From positions 5,249 to 56,759 of the forward strand of contig DKVN01000108.1 in the NCBI GenBank assembly GCA_002491225.1: DNA of 51,511 nt. The letters are read 5' to 3'. The first letter of the stretch is position 1. Each line of letters starts with the position of its first letter. The DNA comes from Faecalibacterium sp. UBA7177. Its GTDB lineage: Bacteria; Bacillota; Clostridia; Oscillospirales; Ruminococcaceae. Below, piece by piece: positions 1 to 8,878 of the stretch. The notes under the pieces are model-generated. The model did no database searches. It was not told the origin of the DNA and saw only the letters and a program-made list of their open reading frames with translations. The translations under genes and the position numbers were made by a program.

Positions 1-476
1 GCAGCGAGGTGCCGGTGATCATGCTGACCGCCAAGGGCGAGACCTTCGACAAGGTGCTGGGGCTCGAGCTCGGGGCGGACGACTATGTGGTCAAGCCGTT
101 TGACACCAAGGAGGTGGTGGCCCGCATCAAGGCGGTGCTGCGCCGCTGCGCCGCCGCCCAGAAGAGCCCGGACGGGGTGCTCAACTACGACAACCTCAGC
201 CTCGACATGAGCCGGTACGAGCTGAAGGTCAAGGGCAAGGTGGTGGAAGCGCCCCCCAAGGAGCTCGAGCTGCTCAGCTATCTGGCCGGGCACCCCAACC
301 GGGTGTTTACCCGGGACCAGCTGCTGGACGAGGTGTGGGGCTTTGAGTATTACGGCGACTCCCGCACCATCGACGTGCACATCAAGCGGCTGCGCGAAAA
401 ACTGGAGGGCGCGTCCGACCAGTGGGGCCTCAAGACGGTCTGGGGCGTGGGCTACAAGTTTGAAGTGAAAGAGTGA
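1..476 (+). CDS. OmpR/PhoB-family response regulator, C-terminal part (5' end outside window)
   Basis: Frame is open to the window edge. End of a receiver domain (MLTAKGE..GADDYVVKPF) is followed by winged-helix output motifs (ELELLSYLAGHPNRVFTRDQLLDEVWG, RTIDVHIKRLREKL). A histidine kinase gene follows 8 nt downstream. Confidence 0.9.
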   Translation, partial: SEVPVIMLTAKGETFDKVLGLELGADDYVVKPFDTKEVVARIKAVLRRCAAAQKSPDGVLNYDNLSLDMSRYELKVKGKVVEAPPKELELLSYLAGHPNRVFTRDQLLDEVWGFEYYGDSRTIDVHIKRLREKLEGASDQWGLKTVWGVGYKFEVKE

Positions 477-483
477 GGGAGCC

Positions 484-1989
484 TTGCGCAAAAGCATCAG
501 CACCATGTACTTTACCACCACCGCGGTGCTGCTGATCGCCAGCATCCTGGTGATGGGGCTGATCCAGATGTATCTGGTGATGGAATACTTTGCCGGCGAG
601 CGGGAGGAGGCGCTGGGCGGGGTGGCGGACCTTGCCGCCAGCCAGCCGCAGGGCCTCGCACCCGAGGAGGCGCTGGCCCAGGGCTCGGCCCTGCGCCAGG
701 CGCTGGCCGACCGGCCCGAGCTGGCCGAAAAGCTGCGCCAGAGCATCGCGCTGATCAGCCGCACCAGCAGCACGGTGGTCATGTTCGTCTCGGCGGACGG
801 GCGGCTGCTGCTCTGCAGCGAGGGGCCGGGCTGCGTGCACGAAGAGATCACCATCCCCGAGAGCGTGCTGGCCGAGGTGCGCGCGGATCCCAACTGGTTC
901 GAGCTGGGGACCTTGGGCGGCGCGCTGGAAAAAAGCTGCTACACCGCCGCCCGGACCCTCGGCGAAGGGGACGGGATCGGCTATGTCTTTGCCAGCGACA
1001 CCTCCGAGGCGCTGGGGGTCTTTTTTGGGGATATGTTCTCGAGCTTCGTGCTCAGCGCCGGGATGATGCTGCTCATCTCGAGCATCCTCAGCATCCTCTT
1101 CACCAACCGGCTCACCGGCCCGCTGCGCCGGATCGCCGAGGCCGCAAGGCGGTTCGGCAACGGGGATTTCAGCGTCCGGGTGCCGGTGGCGGGGGACGAT
1201 GAGGTGGCGCAGCTGGCGGTCACCTTCAACGCGATGGCCCGCAACCTGGAGGCGATCGACTCGAGCCGGTCCAGCTTTATGGGCAACATCGCGCACGAGC
1301 TGCGCACCCCCATGACCACCATCAAGGGCTTTATCGACGGGATGCTGGACGGCACCATCCCCCCCGAGCTGCAGCAGCACTACCTCAGCCTGGTCAGCCA
1401 GGAGGTGGGGCGGCTGGCCCGGCTGACCCAGAACATGCTGGACATTACCAAGCTGGAGGCGGGAGAGTACCAGGTCAACGCCCGCAGCTACGACGTCTGG
1501 GAGACCCTGACCAGCGTCGTCTTTGCGGCCGAGCAGCGGATCGAGGAGGCGGGGGTCGAGATCCAGGGCCTCGCCCCCACCCGCACCCCGGTCTACGCCG
1601 ACCCGGATCTTGTCTATCAGGTGGTGTATAACCTTTTGGACAACGCCCTCAAGTTCACCCCCAAAGGCGGCGAGATCCGGCTGGGGGTGCAAAAGAACGG
1701 CGGCGAGGTGACCGTGAGCATCCACAACACCGGCGCGGGCATCGCCGCCGACTCGCTGCCCTTCGTCTTTGACCGCTTTTATAAAGAGGACAAGAGCCGC
1801 GGCCTCAACACCAGGGGCAGCGGGCTGGGGCTGCACATCTGCAAGGTGCTGGTGGGGCTGTCCGGCGGCAAGATCTGGGCCGAGAGCACCGAGGGCGAGT
1901 TCTGCCGCTTCAGCTTCACCCTGCCCTGCAACGGCCCGGACGAGGGAAAGAACAAAAAGCACCGAAAGAACGATTCGCAGGTATCCTGA
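484..1989 (+). CDS. Sensor histidine kinase (TM sensor, HAMP, HisKA, HATPase_c)
   Basis: N-terminal TM segment, H-box FMGNIAHELRTPMTTIKG, N-box VYNLLDNALKFTP, G-box GSGLGLHICK. TTG start just after GAGGGAG. Paired with the upstream response regulator. Confidence 0.9.
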   Translation: MRKSISTMYFTTTAVLLIASILVMGLIQMYLVMEYFAGEREEALGGVADLAASQPQGLAPEEALAQGSALRQALADRPELAEKLRQSIALISRTSSTVVMFVSADGRLLLCSEGPGCVHEEITIPESVLAEVRADPNWFELGTLGGALEKSCYTAARTLGEGDGIGYVFASDTSEALGVFFGDMFSSFVLSAGMMLLISSILSILFTNRLTGPLRRIAEAARRFGNGDFSVRVPVAGDDEVAQLAVTFNAMARNLEAIDSSRSSFMGNIAHELRTPMTTIKGFIDGMLDGTIPPELQQHYLSLVSQEVGRLARLTQNMLDITKLEAGEYQVNARSYDVWETLTSVVFAAEQRIEEAGVEIQGLAPTRTPVYADPDLVYQVVYNLLDNALKFTPKGGEIRLGVQKNGGEVTVSIHNTGAGIAADSLPFVFDRFYKEDKSRGLNTRGSGLGLHICKVLVGLSGGKIWAESTEGEFCRFSFTLPCNGPDEGKNKKHRKNDSQVS

Positions 1990-2014
1990 GAAAACAAGGC
2001 AGCAAGGCAAAGAA

Positions 2015-2054
2015 ACAGCGGCCCCCTTGCCCCAAAGGGCAGGAGGGCCGCTGT
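2015..2054. terminator. GC-rich hairpin between convergent HK and HD-protein genes
   Basis: acagcggccc (2015..2024) pairs with gggccgctgt (2045..2054), with an inner cccc/gggg-type stem, followed by gcgtttgggtttg. Confidence 0.45.
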
Positions 2055-2171
2055 GCGTTTGGGTTTGCGGATGGCCGGGAGCGGGGGAGGAGCCGCGGGC
2101 TTGGCTGGCCGTTTGGGGCAGCGGATGGCAGGCACGCACGGTCGAAGCGGCCCGGGCCCGCCGCGCTCGCC

Positions 2172-4022
2172 TCAAAACGCCCCGCGGTAGGCGTGGAGGT
2201 AGGCGTTCCAGCGGCTTTGGGCCAAAAAGTCCCTGGTGGCGGCAAAAAAGTCCGGGTCGTCCAATAGATCCACCACCTCGGGCGCGTAGCGGGTGCCCTT
2301 GCCGGAGCGCAGCTCGCCCACCAGTGCCTCAAAGGTCTTGGCGGCGGCGTAGCTGCGGCCGACATTGTCGGTGCCCGCGTCCAGCGCGTCCACCACCGTG
2401 ATGATGTCCACCATCAGCCGGGCGCGGACCGGGCAGCTGGGCCGCCCGCCGGGGTAGCCGCCCCGCAGGTCATAGGTGCAGTGGTGGCAGTGGGCGACAT
2501 TGGCGTGGTCCTCAAGGCCGAGGTTTTCCAGCAGGATGCGGCCAAACTGCGGGTGCAGCTTGATGCAGGAGAACTCCTCGTCCAGCAGCCGGCGGCTGTA
2601 CTGGCCCACATAGCTCAGCAGCATCCCCTTGCCCGCGTCGTGGTAGAGCCCGGCGCGGTAGGCCTGCTCGAGCAACTCGGCGTAGCCGCCCGGCTGGCTG
2701 GCCAGGTCGTGCATCCCAAACAGCCCCTCCAGCCGCTCGGGCTCGACCTCGGCGAACCGGGCGCAGAACCAGCGGGCCATGCAGCCCACCACCTCCGAGT
2801 GGACGTAGGTGGGCGGGTGGCAGGCCAGAATGTAGCGGAGCACCCGGTCGGCAAAGAGGTCATCGGTGCGGGAGGAGTGCGCGATCACGGTGCGCAGCAG
2901 GTGGGACACCTGCCCGGCGTTCTCGCTCACCGGCAGGTGGAAGAGGTAATCGAGCCGCCGGGCGGCGGCCTTGTCCAGATAGGCGCGGATGACGGCCTGC
3001 TCGTCGGGCGGCAGGAGCAGCGCGTAGTAGCTGAGGTACTCCAGCCCGGCCAGGTTGGCCCAGATGCCGTCGCCCGAGTGATCCCGCGGGTCGCACTCGG
3101 CGCAGATGCCCCACAGCACCTTGACGACCTCCTGCAGCGGCAGAACCCCCGCGTGGTAGCGGGCGGCCGCGTAGACATACTGGGTGCGCACCCCCACCGC
3201 CTTTTCGCCCGCCGCGGCGATCTGCTCCTGATGGCGGTAGACATACTCGGCCGATTCCAGCACCGCCGCGGCGATCTCGGGATCCTGCTGGCTGCGCAAA
3301 ACGCTCAAAAACTGGGTGCGGTCGTAATGCATGGTGTAGCAGAAAGAATCCCACGGGATCTCGGGGTTCATCTCGCGGTAGTGGGGATCCTGCACCACCG
3401 ACATGGTCTGCGCAAAAACCTCCTGGTACGCCTGCCAGAGCGAGCGGACATCCTCGGTGCTGCCGTCCAGCCTTTCGAGCGGCAGGCCGTACTTGGCGTT
3501 GCCCATGCAGCGGATGATGTAGGCGCGGGTTTCGGGGCTTTTCAGCTGCTCATACTGGGCAAACCAGGCCGCCCCGGCCCGGAAACAGGCGCCGATCTGG
3601 TCGCCAAACAGGTTGATCTGGCCGTTCGACTCCCGCACGTTGAGGTAGAAAAGGGTGATGCCCTGAAAATAGAGCTCCCGCACCATGCCGTCGGGGTCCT
3701 CCAGCCGCTCGGCGTAGGCGTAGAGCAGCTGGTGGATGCGGTAGGCGATGCCCACGTCGGGGCTGCGGTTGTAGTTGAAGAGCGCGTCGGCCAGCTCGCG
3801 CAGGGCGGCGGCCTCCTCTTCGGTCAGGGTGTCGGCCGAGCGGGAATAGAGGATCTCGCCGAGGATCGCGTCGTTCTCCCGGTGCAGGCGGGCGAGCTCC
3901 TCCGCGTTGCTGCGGATGACGGCGATCATCGCCTCCTCCGGCATGTTGGCCGAAAACTGCGGCTTGACCAGGGCGCGGGCGGCAGCGAGATTCTCCAGGT
4001 AGGTCCGATGGGGGGCTTGCAT
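2172..4022 (-). CDS. HD / HD-GYP-like domain protein with a large N-terminal domain of unknown function
   Basis: C-terminal LYHDAGKG (HD) and HCHHCTYDLRGGYPGG, a variant of the HHExxDGxGYP signature. ATG at 4022 is preceded by GGAAAGGA. Confidence 0.7.
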   Translation of the reverse strand: MQAPHRTYLENLAAARALVKPQFSANMPEEAMIAVIRSNAEELARLHRENDAILGEILYSRSADTLTEEEAAALRELADALFNYNRSPDVGIAYRIHQLLYAYAERLEDPDGMVRELYFQGITLFYLNVRESNGQINLFGDQIGACFRAGAAWFAQYEQLKSPETRAYIIRCMGNAKYGLPLERLDGSTEDVRSLWQAYQEVFAQTMSVVQDPHYREMNPEIPWDSFCYTMHYDRTQFLSVLRSQQDPEIAAAVLESAEYVYRHQEQIAAAGEKAVGVRTQYVYAAARYHAGVLPLQEVVKVLWGICAECDPRDHSGDGIWANLAGLEYLSYYALLLPPDEQAVIRAYLDKAAARRLDYLFHLPVSENAGQVSHLLRTVIAHSSRTDDLFADRVLRYILACHPPTYVHSEVVGCMARWFCARFAEVEPERLEGLFGMHDLASQPGGYAELLEQAYRAGLYHDAGKGMLLSYVGQYSRRLLDEEFSCIKLHPQFGRILLENLGLEDHANVAHCHHCTYDLRGGYPGGRPSCPVRARLMVDIITVVDALDAGTDNVGRSYAAAKTFEALVGELRSGKGTRYAPEVVDLLDDPDFFAATRDFLAQSRWNAYLHAYRGAF

Positions 4023-4460
4023 GGAAACATCCTTTCCGGCATACGCCTCATTGTAAGGTGCGTAAGATGCAGCAGGAAACTTATTGCAAAGACAGGGGAA
4101 GGGCGCGGAAAAACCGCCGCCCAGCGAGAAAAACAGGCGCGCAGCGAATATATGCGGCGGCTATTTTTCTGCGCAGACAGCGCTAAACTCCTACGATATA
4201 TCATAGCACAGCCGCCGCGGGGATACAAGTGCGCGAAACGCGGAAAAATCGCCCCGGAACGGGCCTCATTTTTGGGCTGCGCGACAAGAGCGAGACAATT
4301 TGCTTTTTGCGCCCGCTTGCGGTATAATAATGTGCGTATATTGCTTTCGGCAGCGGCGGCCCGGCGTCCGGCCGGGGGTGTGAGGCCCAAAACCCGCGCC
4401 ATACGGCCCCTTTGCCCTGCCAAATAATCGCCCAAAATCCCAAAAGGAGGCAAGCCCCTG

Positions 4461-5114
4461 ATGGCCCAGATCAGCCCCTCGCTGCTCGCGGCGAACTTTG
4501 CCGCCCTTGGGCAGGACTGCCGCACCGTGCTCGACGCCGGTGCGAAGATGCTGCACTTTGACGTGATGGACGGGCAGTTTGTGCCCAATATCAGCATGGG
4601 CGTTCCGGTGCTGGCCGGGCTGCACAGGGCCCTGCCCGAGGCGTATTTTGACGTACACCTGATGATCTGCCGCCCGCTCGATTACATCGGGGCCTTTGCC
4701 AAAGCCGGGGCGGGGATCATCACGATCCACCTCGAGGCCGAGAGCCCGGTCGGCCCCACCCTCGCGGCCATCCGCGCCGCGGGCTGCGCGGCGGGGCTCT
4801 CGATCCGGCCCGGCACCCCGGCCGAGGCGCTCGCGCCCTATCTTGACCAGCTGGACCTCGTGCTGGTGATGAGCGTTGAGCCGGGCTTTGGGGGCCAGAG
4901 CTTCCAGCCCGCCGCGCTCGAAAAGCTGCGGGCGGTCAAACAGATGGCTGACGCGGCGGGCCGCAGCGACCTCTGGATCGAGGTGGACGGCGGGGTGGAT
5001 CTGCGCACCGCCCCCGGCTGCGTGGCGGCGGGGGCCAACCTGCTGGTGGCGGGCAGCGCGGTGTTCGGCTCGGCCGACCCGGCCGCCGCCGTGCGCGCGC
5101 TCGGCGCGCTGTGA
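4461..5114 (+). CDS. rpe: Ribulose-phosphate 3-epimerase
   Basis: ISPSLLAANFAALG..LHFDVMDGQFVPNISMG..VMSVEPGFGGQSF..EVDGG are canonical Rpe motifs. AAGGAGG RBS. Confidence 0.95.
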   Translation: MAQISPSLLAANFAALGQDCRTVLDAGAKMLHFDVMDGQFVPNISMGVPVLAGLHRALPEAYFDVHLMICRPLDYIGAFAKAGAGIITIHLEAESPVGPTLAAIRAAGCAAGLSIRPGTPAEALAPYLDQLDLVLVMSVEPGFGGQSFQPAALEKLRAVKQMADAAGRSDLWIEVDGGVDLRTAPGCVAAGANLLVAGSAVFGSADPAAAVRALGAL

Positions 5115-5215
5115 GGCGCTGCCCTGCGGAGCCAGACCGCCGCAAAGAGGGGCCGCCCGACGAGGGCCCCAAACGGCATACCGGCCGCGCGCCGCGCGGC
5201 TTTGGAGGATGATCG

Positions 5216-6220
5216 ATGGAACAACAAGGAGAAGTTTTGCGCCCCGGCCCGCCGCGCCAGAACGCGGCGATGCACCGGGACATCTGCCTGATGATGCTGC
5301 CGCTGCTGGCGATGGCCGTCTACCTGTACGGCCTGCGCCCGGCGGTGCTCTGCCTGGCGGCGGTGGTGGCCGCCAACCTCTGCGACCGCTTTGTGGCGGT
5401 GATCCGCCGCCGCCCGTATGAAAAGGACGAGGTGAGCAGCGAGGCCTTTGCGCTGCTGGTGGCCATGCTGCTGCCCGCCTCGGTGGGCTATGAGGTGCTG
5501 ATCACCGCGGTGCTGGTGGCGGTGCTGGTGGGCAAGGAGGCCTTTGGCGGCTACGGGTCCTATCCCTTCCACCCGGCGGCGGTGGGCTACGCGGTGGCCG
5601 CGGTCAGCTGGCCGGAGCAGGTCTTCCGCTATCCGCAGCCCTTTGCCGCCCTGCCGCTGGGCAGCGTGGCGGAGGTGCCGCTGGCCGACTCGATCGACCA
5701 CATCCTGCGGGCGGGGGGTGTGCCCTCCACCTCGGACCTCAACCTCGTGCTGGGCAACTACGCCGGCCCGATGGGCACCAGCGCGGCGCTGATCATCTGC
5801 GCCTGCTCGCTCTATCTGCTGGCCCAAAAGCGGATCACCCCCACCGCGCCCCTCTGCTTTTTGGGGGCCGCGGCGCTGGTGGCCTACTGCTTCCCGCGGC
5901 TGGGCAGCATCCCGCTCTCCTTCCCGTGGGAGTATGCGGCCGACCGGCTCGGGGTGCTCAAGTACGAGATGCTCTCGGGCGGCATGCTCTACACCGCCGT
6001 CTTTTTGATCAACGAGCCGGTCACCCTGCCCAAAAACGAGCTGGCCCGGGCGGCCTACGGGCTGCTGCTGGGGCTGTTCGCCATGATGTTCCGCTACCAC
6101 GGCAGCTATGAGACCGGGGTCTGCTTCGCGCTGCTGGCGATCAACTCGCTGTCCGGCTGGCTGGACGGCATCCTGCGGTGGCAACTCCCCCGCAAACAGA
6201 AAGGGGGCGCTGCGGCATGA
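5216..6220 (+). CDS. RnfD/NqrB-family polytopic membrane protein (divergent)
   Basis: Multi-TM protein with RnfD-like blocks (LLPASVGYEVL.., GKEAFGGYGSYPFHPAAVGYA, NEPVT). GGAGGA RBS. Its stop overlaps the next start as ATGA. Confidence 0.75.
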   Translation: MEQQGEVLRPGPPRQNAAMHRDICLMMLPLLAMAVYLYGLRPAVLCLAAVVAANLCDRFVAVIRRRPYEKDEVSSEAFALLVAMLLPASVGYEVLITAVLVAVLVGKEAFGGYGSYPFHPAAVGYAVAAVSWPEQVFRYPQPFAALPLGSVAEVPLADSIDHILRAGGVPSTSDLNLVLGNYAGPMGTSAALIICACSLYLLAQKRITPTAPLCFLGAAALVAYCFPRLGSIPLSFPWEYAADRLGVLKYEMLSGGMLYTAVFLINEPVTLPKNELARAAYGLLLGLFAMMFRYHGSYETGVCFALLAINSLSGWLDGILRWQLPRKQKGGAAA

Positions 6221-6876
6221 ATCTGGAACAGGCGCGCCGCCGCGCCGATGAGTTGGAGGTCACCGCCCGGCGGGACCGCATCTTTTTGAATAACCCGGTC
6301 GTCATGCAGGGGCTGGGCCTCGCGCCGCTGGTGGTGGCCGCCACCAGCGGGATCAACGCGCTGCGCCTCTGCGTCGCGGTGACCCTGCTGCTGACCCCCA
6401 CCCGCATGCTGGGCGGCCAGATCAGCCGGGCGGCCAGGCTCGGCCTCGCCGCAAGAGGGTTTGTCTACTGCCTCATCGCCTCGCTGCTCTATGTCGGGGT
6501 CTACCCGGTCATGACCATGCTGTTCGGGGTCGATGTCATCCAGCTGGGGCTCTACCTGCCGCTGCTGGTGGTCGAGCCGCTGATCATCAAGCGGTACGAG
6601 CGGCCGGATCAAAAGGAGCGGCTGCGCACCGCCCTGCGCAAGGGGCTGCGCACCACCATCGGCTACGCGATCATCCTGCTGCTGCTGGGCTGCGGGCGGG
6701 AGCTGCTGGCCAGCGGCACCGTCTTTGGCAAGGTGGTCATGGAGCGGGCGCTGCTGCCGATGGCCTCGCTGCCCGCGGGCGGGTTTATCCTGCTGGGCAT
6801 CCTCTGCGCGCTCTGGCGGGGCGCGGTGTCGGCCTACAAGCATCATGTCAGGATGGAGGCGAGGCGCGGCGTATGA
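6217..6876 (+). CDS. RnfE/NqrD-like membrane protein (divergent)
   Basis: NNPVVMQGLGLAPLVVAAT and REL..SG motifs of the Rnf-Nqr family. ATG at 6217 overlaps the rnfD-like stop (ATGA). The ORF-track start at 6178 was rejected. Confidence 0.65.
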   Translation: MNLEQARRRADELEVTARRDRIFLNNPVVMQGLGLAPLVVAATSGINALRLCVAVTLLLTPTRMLGGQISRAARLGLAARGFVYCLIASLLYVGVYPVMTMLFGVDVIQLGLYLPLLVVEPLIIKRYERPDQKERLRTALRKGLRTTIGYAIILLLLGCGRELLASGTVFGKVVMERALLPMASLPAGGFILLGILCALWRGAVSAYKHHVRMEARRGV

Positions 6877-7493
6877 GTACGGTATTGCAGGGCCTTGGGG
6901 CCTTTTTCCTCAGCGCGGTGCTGGCCATCTTTGCCCAAAACGCGGTGCTCAGCCGGGCGCTGGGGGTCTCGCGGCTGGTCAAGCTGGTGCGGGACGGCAG
7001 CTCCTTTTTGCAGTTTGCCGGGCTGCTCACGGTCATCCAGCTGCTGTGCGTGCCGGTGGTGTATTACGCCAATGGGCTGTTGGCGGATTTTGCGCTGCGC
7101 AGCGCTGTGCGCCCGCTCGTGATGGTGCTGGCCAGCGGCGCGGCGCTGGGGCTGATCTGGCTGGTGCTCAACCGGCTGCTCGTCCGGGTGATCAGTGCCG
7201 AGCGGGTGCGGCTGCTCAGTGAGGCGCTGCCGCTGGCCGCCTTCAACTGCGCGGTGCTGGGCACCCTGCTGGTCACGGTTACCCAAAGCTACACCCTGGT
7301 GCAGAGCCTCGGCTTTGCACTGGGCAGCGGGGTGGGCTACGCCGGGGCCCTGGCGGTGGTGGGCCAGGCGCAGGACCGGCTCAATGACCGGGACGTCCCC
7401 TCCAGCTTCCGGGGGCTGCCCATCACCCTGGTGTATCTGGGCATCCTGGCCCTCGCGATCTACGGGTTTACCGGGCATATGGTCGTTATCTAA
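6873..7493 (+). CDS. RnfA/NqrE-like membrane protein (divergent)
   Basis: AQNAVLSRALG, PLAAFNCAVLG and FRGLPITLVYLGILALAIYGF blocks. ATGA overlap with the upstream gene. Confidence 0.7.
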   Translation: MSTVLQGLGAFFLSAVLAIFAQNAVLSRALGVSRLVKLVRDGSSFLQFAGLLTVIQLLCVPVVYYANGLLADFALRSAVRPLVMVLASGAALGLIWLVLNRLLVRVISAERVRLLSEALPLAAFNCAVLGTLLVTVTQSYTLVQSLGFALGSGVGYAGALAVVGQAQDRLNDRDVPSSFRGLPITLVYLGILALAIYGFTGHMVVI

Positions 7494-7614
7494 AAGACAG
7501 CATTTTCTAAAAAATTCTAAAAAATTGGCATTTTCCATTTTCGTGTCAAAAAGGGGCGCGGCCCTCTTTCCCGGCTCTGAGCTCCTGCCCTGCGGGGCGG
7601 TAAGGCGGTGTGGT

Positions 7615-8709
7615 ATGGCAAAAAAGAATCTTGGCAAGGTCAAGCATTACCGGCGCGGCAGCGTGGTCAACCGCAATCAGCTGCGGCAGCTGCTGCTGGG
7701 GCTGGTGGCCGTGGCGGCCCTCTTTGCGCTGGGCTGGTTCATCGGGCCCACCATCCTCGACTTCGGCACCCGCACCTGGTATTCGCTCAAGAACGGCCCG
7801 GCCGCGAGCGGCCCCGAGGCGAACCTGCCCGAGGCCACCCCGACCCCCGCCCCTACGCCGGAGCCGACCCCGGAGCCCACCCCCGAGCCCACCATCGAGG
7901 AGGGCGACTGGGCCTACCTCTCCTTCTCGGCGGTGGCGAGCCCCGAAAAGGCGGCCGAGACGGCCCAGGAGCTGGCGGCCCAGGGGGTGCGCTACGCGGT
8001 GGTGCCGCTCAAGGACGCGCAGGGGTATCTGTATTATGACTCCCGCGTCGAGGCGGCGGCCCAGAGCATCGCCGCCACCACCCTCGACGCCGCCGGGGCC
8101 GCCGAGGCCCTGCGCGCCGCCGGCATCGAGCCGGTGGGCGGCATCTGCGCCTTCCAGGACCCCACCGCCCCGTATGCCGACCGCAGCATGGGGGTCTACT
8201 ATGAGGACACCGACTACTTCTGGCTCGACGCCGCGCGGGACGCGGGCGGCAAGCCCTGGCTCAACCCCTGCTCGGAGACGGCGGTCGCCTTCCTCACCGC
8301 TTTGATGGAGGAGGCGCGGGGGCTTGGGTACCGGCAGCTGCTGCTCACCGCGGTCAACTACCCGCCCAGCACCACCGCCCGCGCCAACTACGGGGCGGCG
8401 GCCGAGGAGCTGCCCGCCCGGCTCACCGCCCTGATCGGCCAGTGGCAGCAGGAGGCCGAGGCCGCGGGCGGCGCGATTTGGTTTGAGTACCCGCTCAGCG
8501 CCGTCCGGCCGCCGCAGAACCGGTTCGGCGGCGGCAGCCTGGCCGGGCTGGGGGTCAAAAATCTGGTGCTGCAGCTGCCTGACGAGGCCGACCCCGAGGA
8601 GCTCGAGGCCCTGCTGGCCGACGGCCGCGGCGCGGCCCGGGAGGGCGGCGCGGAGCATCTGGTGCTGCGCGAGGGCGGCACCGCCCGGTTTGACGGGGCG
8701 TACTCCTGA
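7615..8709 (+). CDS. Membrane-anchored protein with a PTPEPT linker and a DUF4015-like putative glycoside-hydrolase domain
   Basis: Internal ATG at 7615 after AAGGCGG. N-terminal TM segment, (P/T/E)-rich linker. Pattern VVPLKDAQGYLYYDS..ICAFQDP..WLNP..EEARGLGY resembles the putative glycosyl hydrolase DUF4015 family. Confidence 0.5.
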   Translation: MAKKNLGKVKHYRRGSVVNRNQLRQLLLGLVAVAALFALGWFIGPTILDFGTRTWYSLKNGPAASGPEANLPEATPTPAPTPEPTPEPTPEPTIEEGDWAYLSFSAVASPEKAAETAQELAAQGVRYAVVPLKDAQGYLYYDSRVEAAAQSIAATTLDAAGAAEALRAAGIEPVGGICAFQDPTAPYADRSMGVYYEDTDYFWLDAARDAGGKPWLNPCSETAVAFLTALMEEARGLGYRQLLLTAVNYPPSTTARANYGAAAEELPARLTALIGQWQQEAEAAGGAIWFEYPLSAVRPPQNRFGGGSLAGLGVKNLVLQLPDEADPEELEALLADGRGAAREGGAEHLVLREGGTARFDGAYS

Positions 8710-8878
8710 GGCCAGGCGGCAAAGCGCCCCAAACAAAGGGGCCGCGCCGGGCCGGCACACCCGATGAGGCCCCCTGTAAGGGCAGCACCGCATAATTCCA
8801 AACGCAGGCGGAAATGGCGCTCAGGGCACCGGCCGCAGGCTGGCGGTGCGGCCCGGAATGCGAGAAAGGATGCTGACC

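Noticed and set aside
430-2175. A 581-aa minus-strand ORF antisense to the histidine kinase. Many similar long ORFs occur in the GC-rich backbone, for example 2481..4427 (+), 4838..6184 (-), 13573..15261 (+), 21928..24063 (+), 25008..26177 (+), 41868..43037 (-) and 44974..46629 (+).
   Set aside because: Their translations are Arg/Gly/Pro/Ala-rich low-complexity strings with no motifs. They lie opposite genes with clear family signatures and RBSs. This is the expected stop-codon-poor shadow-frame effect of high GC.
7494-7614. An AT-rich patch with tandem ttctaaaaaa units (7505..7524), three CATTTTC copies and a TGGCA at 7526..7530. I considered a sigma-54 promoter or a regulatory repeat.
   Set aside because: The -12 element (TTGC) is missing; the sequence reads ATTTTC. 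The repeats are very short, so the patch is most simply an A/T-rich UP-like promoter region for the downstream gene. There is not enough evidence for a specific call.
7846-7895. A nucleotide-level tandem repeat (ccgacccc/ccggagcc units) that might be a VNTR or regulatory repeat.
   Set aside because: It lies in-frame inside the 7615..8709 gene and encodes a PTPAPTPEPTPEPTPEPT linker between the membrane anchor and the catalytic-like domain. It is an ordinary low-complexity linker.
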